The translations under genes were made by a program, and so were the position numbers. A stretch of DNA of 49,324 bases from assembly GCA_000388065.2 (NCBI GenBank), contig KB932203.1. The stretch is one strand, 5' to 3'. Below are positions 48,328 to 49,324 of this stretch, one piece after another (within the stretch, counting starts at the first letter, position 1; the number at the start of each line of letters is the position of its first letter). The notes below the pieces were generated by a model, which did not search any database, was not told where the DNA came from, and worked only from the letters and a program-made list of their open reading frames with translations. Origin of the DNA: Fonticula alba ATCC 38817. Its lineage: Eukaryota; Protista; Nucleariida.

Positions 48328-49306
48328 TCACTTCGGGTGCCCGGCCGCCCCGTGCAGGTCAAACCAGCGGAGCCGCGCACGCCAGTCGTCCCGAGTGGAG
48401 TAGGCGCCGATGAAGCGCCGGTACCCGGTGAAGGCCTCCCGGCCGTGGAGGACGCGCTGGTTGTCAAAGATGACGGCGCTGCCGGGGCGCATGGGGAAAC
48501 GCCAGACCAGCTCCGGGGACCGGGCCAGCTCGGAGAAGAGCTGCAAACCCGCATACAGGTCGGGCACCCGATCGGAGGGGACGGCCGTCAATGGGGCACG
48601 GTCGTCGCTGTTGAAGCGGATCCCGCGCAGAGTGACCCCGCGGTAGGCGTCGCGCAGGGGGTCCCCAGTAGCAGGAGCATCCAGATCCAGGTCCACATCC
48701 TCGGCCTGGATAACGGGATACGTGTGATCGGGGCGCATGTCGAGCTTGGCCGGCTGGTCATGGCCGTGTGAATTGGACAATGCAGAGGCGAGGTAGGGGA
48801 GAGAGGGAGAGGGGGAGAGAGAGGGAGAGAGAGGGAGAGAGAGAGAGAGAGAGAGAGAGAACGATCATAATGGTGATGATGAGAGGGAGGGAGGGAGGGA
48901 GGGATGATAAGGTCTGTTAGGAAACTGGACAAGCCACGGTGGGCCCCGCTGCTCTCGGAAAGGCGAGGGAGAAACCTGGCCCGATACGCACATGGTCGAT
49001 GTAATGACTTGCGAAACGCGTTTGGCGCAGGACATCAAAGAGATGCGGCGCCTGGCGGCGGATTTCCAGTGCGATGCGGAATCCATCAACGAAGGTCGAC
49101 CAGCCACCGGTGCCGGTGTGCTGCATCATGTGGAACATCTGGATACCGCAGGGCTCGGAGAAGTAGGTGTTATCAGTGTGCGCACTCAGACCGACCGTCG
49201 AGTAGGCCAGATCGGCGTGCGTCATTTCCCCGGAAGAGACGGTCCACATCCCACCATAGTGGGTGTGGCGGATGGGCCCCAGGCGCTTGGCCAGCTGCTC
49301 GGTAGC
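48328..49306 (-). CDS. TMLHE: Trimethyllysine dioxygenase (Fe/2-oxoglutarate, TauD/TfdA-BBOX fold), last two exons; gene continues beyond the window
   Basis: Exons 49306-48992 and 48753-48328. AHTDNTYFSEPCGIQMFH..GTGG..VDGF (HxD; cf. human RHTDTTYFQEPCGIQVFH..GTGG..VDGF), IRFNSDDR, IFDNQRVLHGREAFTGYR..GAY.TRDD. Confidence 0.9.
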
Positions 49307-49324
49307 CTGTCAGGGGGGAGGGGG

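Noticed and set aside
1-49324. Functional gene cluster, mobile element, or special meaning for the poly-G tracts
   Set aside because: The genes are functionally unrelated housekeeping and signalling loci. No transposase, reverse transcriptase, terminal repeats or target-site duplications were seen. G/C homopolymers are spread evenly and their lengths are unreliable in a draft assembly.

Overview
Eukaryotic, very GC-rich, intron-containing draft scaffold with nine N-gaps. It has long poly-G/C runs and microsatellite-filled GT-AG introns, mostly with GTGCGT/GTACGT/GTATGT donors. The style suggests a protist, possibly a Fonticula-like holomycotan amoeba (inference, not verified). I assembled nine spliced genes by hand and checked splice phase at most junctions: a divergent UPF2 (-), an RlmN radical-SAM RNA methyltransferase with a presequence-like N-terminus (-), TFIIE-beta (+), a small 4-TM protein (-), a polyQ/His-rich 4-finger C2H2 protein (-), NF-YA/HAP2 (-), a WD40-like + inositol polyphosphate 5-phosphatase (-), an MST1/2-like STE20 kinase apparently fused to an SLMAP/Dma1-type FHA domain (+), and COX6A (-). 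The 3' part of a trimethyllysine dioxygenase (-) ends the window. Most of the six-frame ORFs are antisense or microsatellite artefacts. No mobile element, CRISPR array, rRNA or tRNA was recognised. The best candidate for undescribed biology is the kinase-FHA fusion, whose key intron contains a 100-N gap. Next are the possibly mitochondrial RlmN, the NF-YA with a 99-aa A1-A2 linker, and a duplicated hairpin-rich 101-bp non-coding element.
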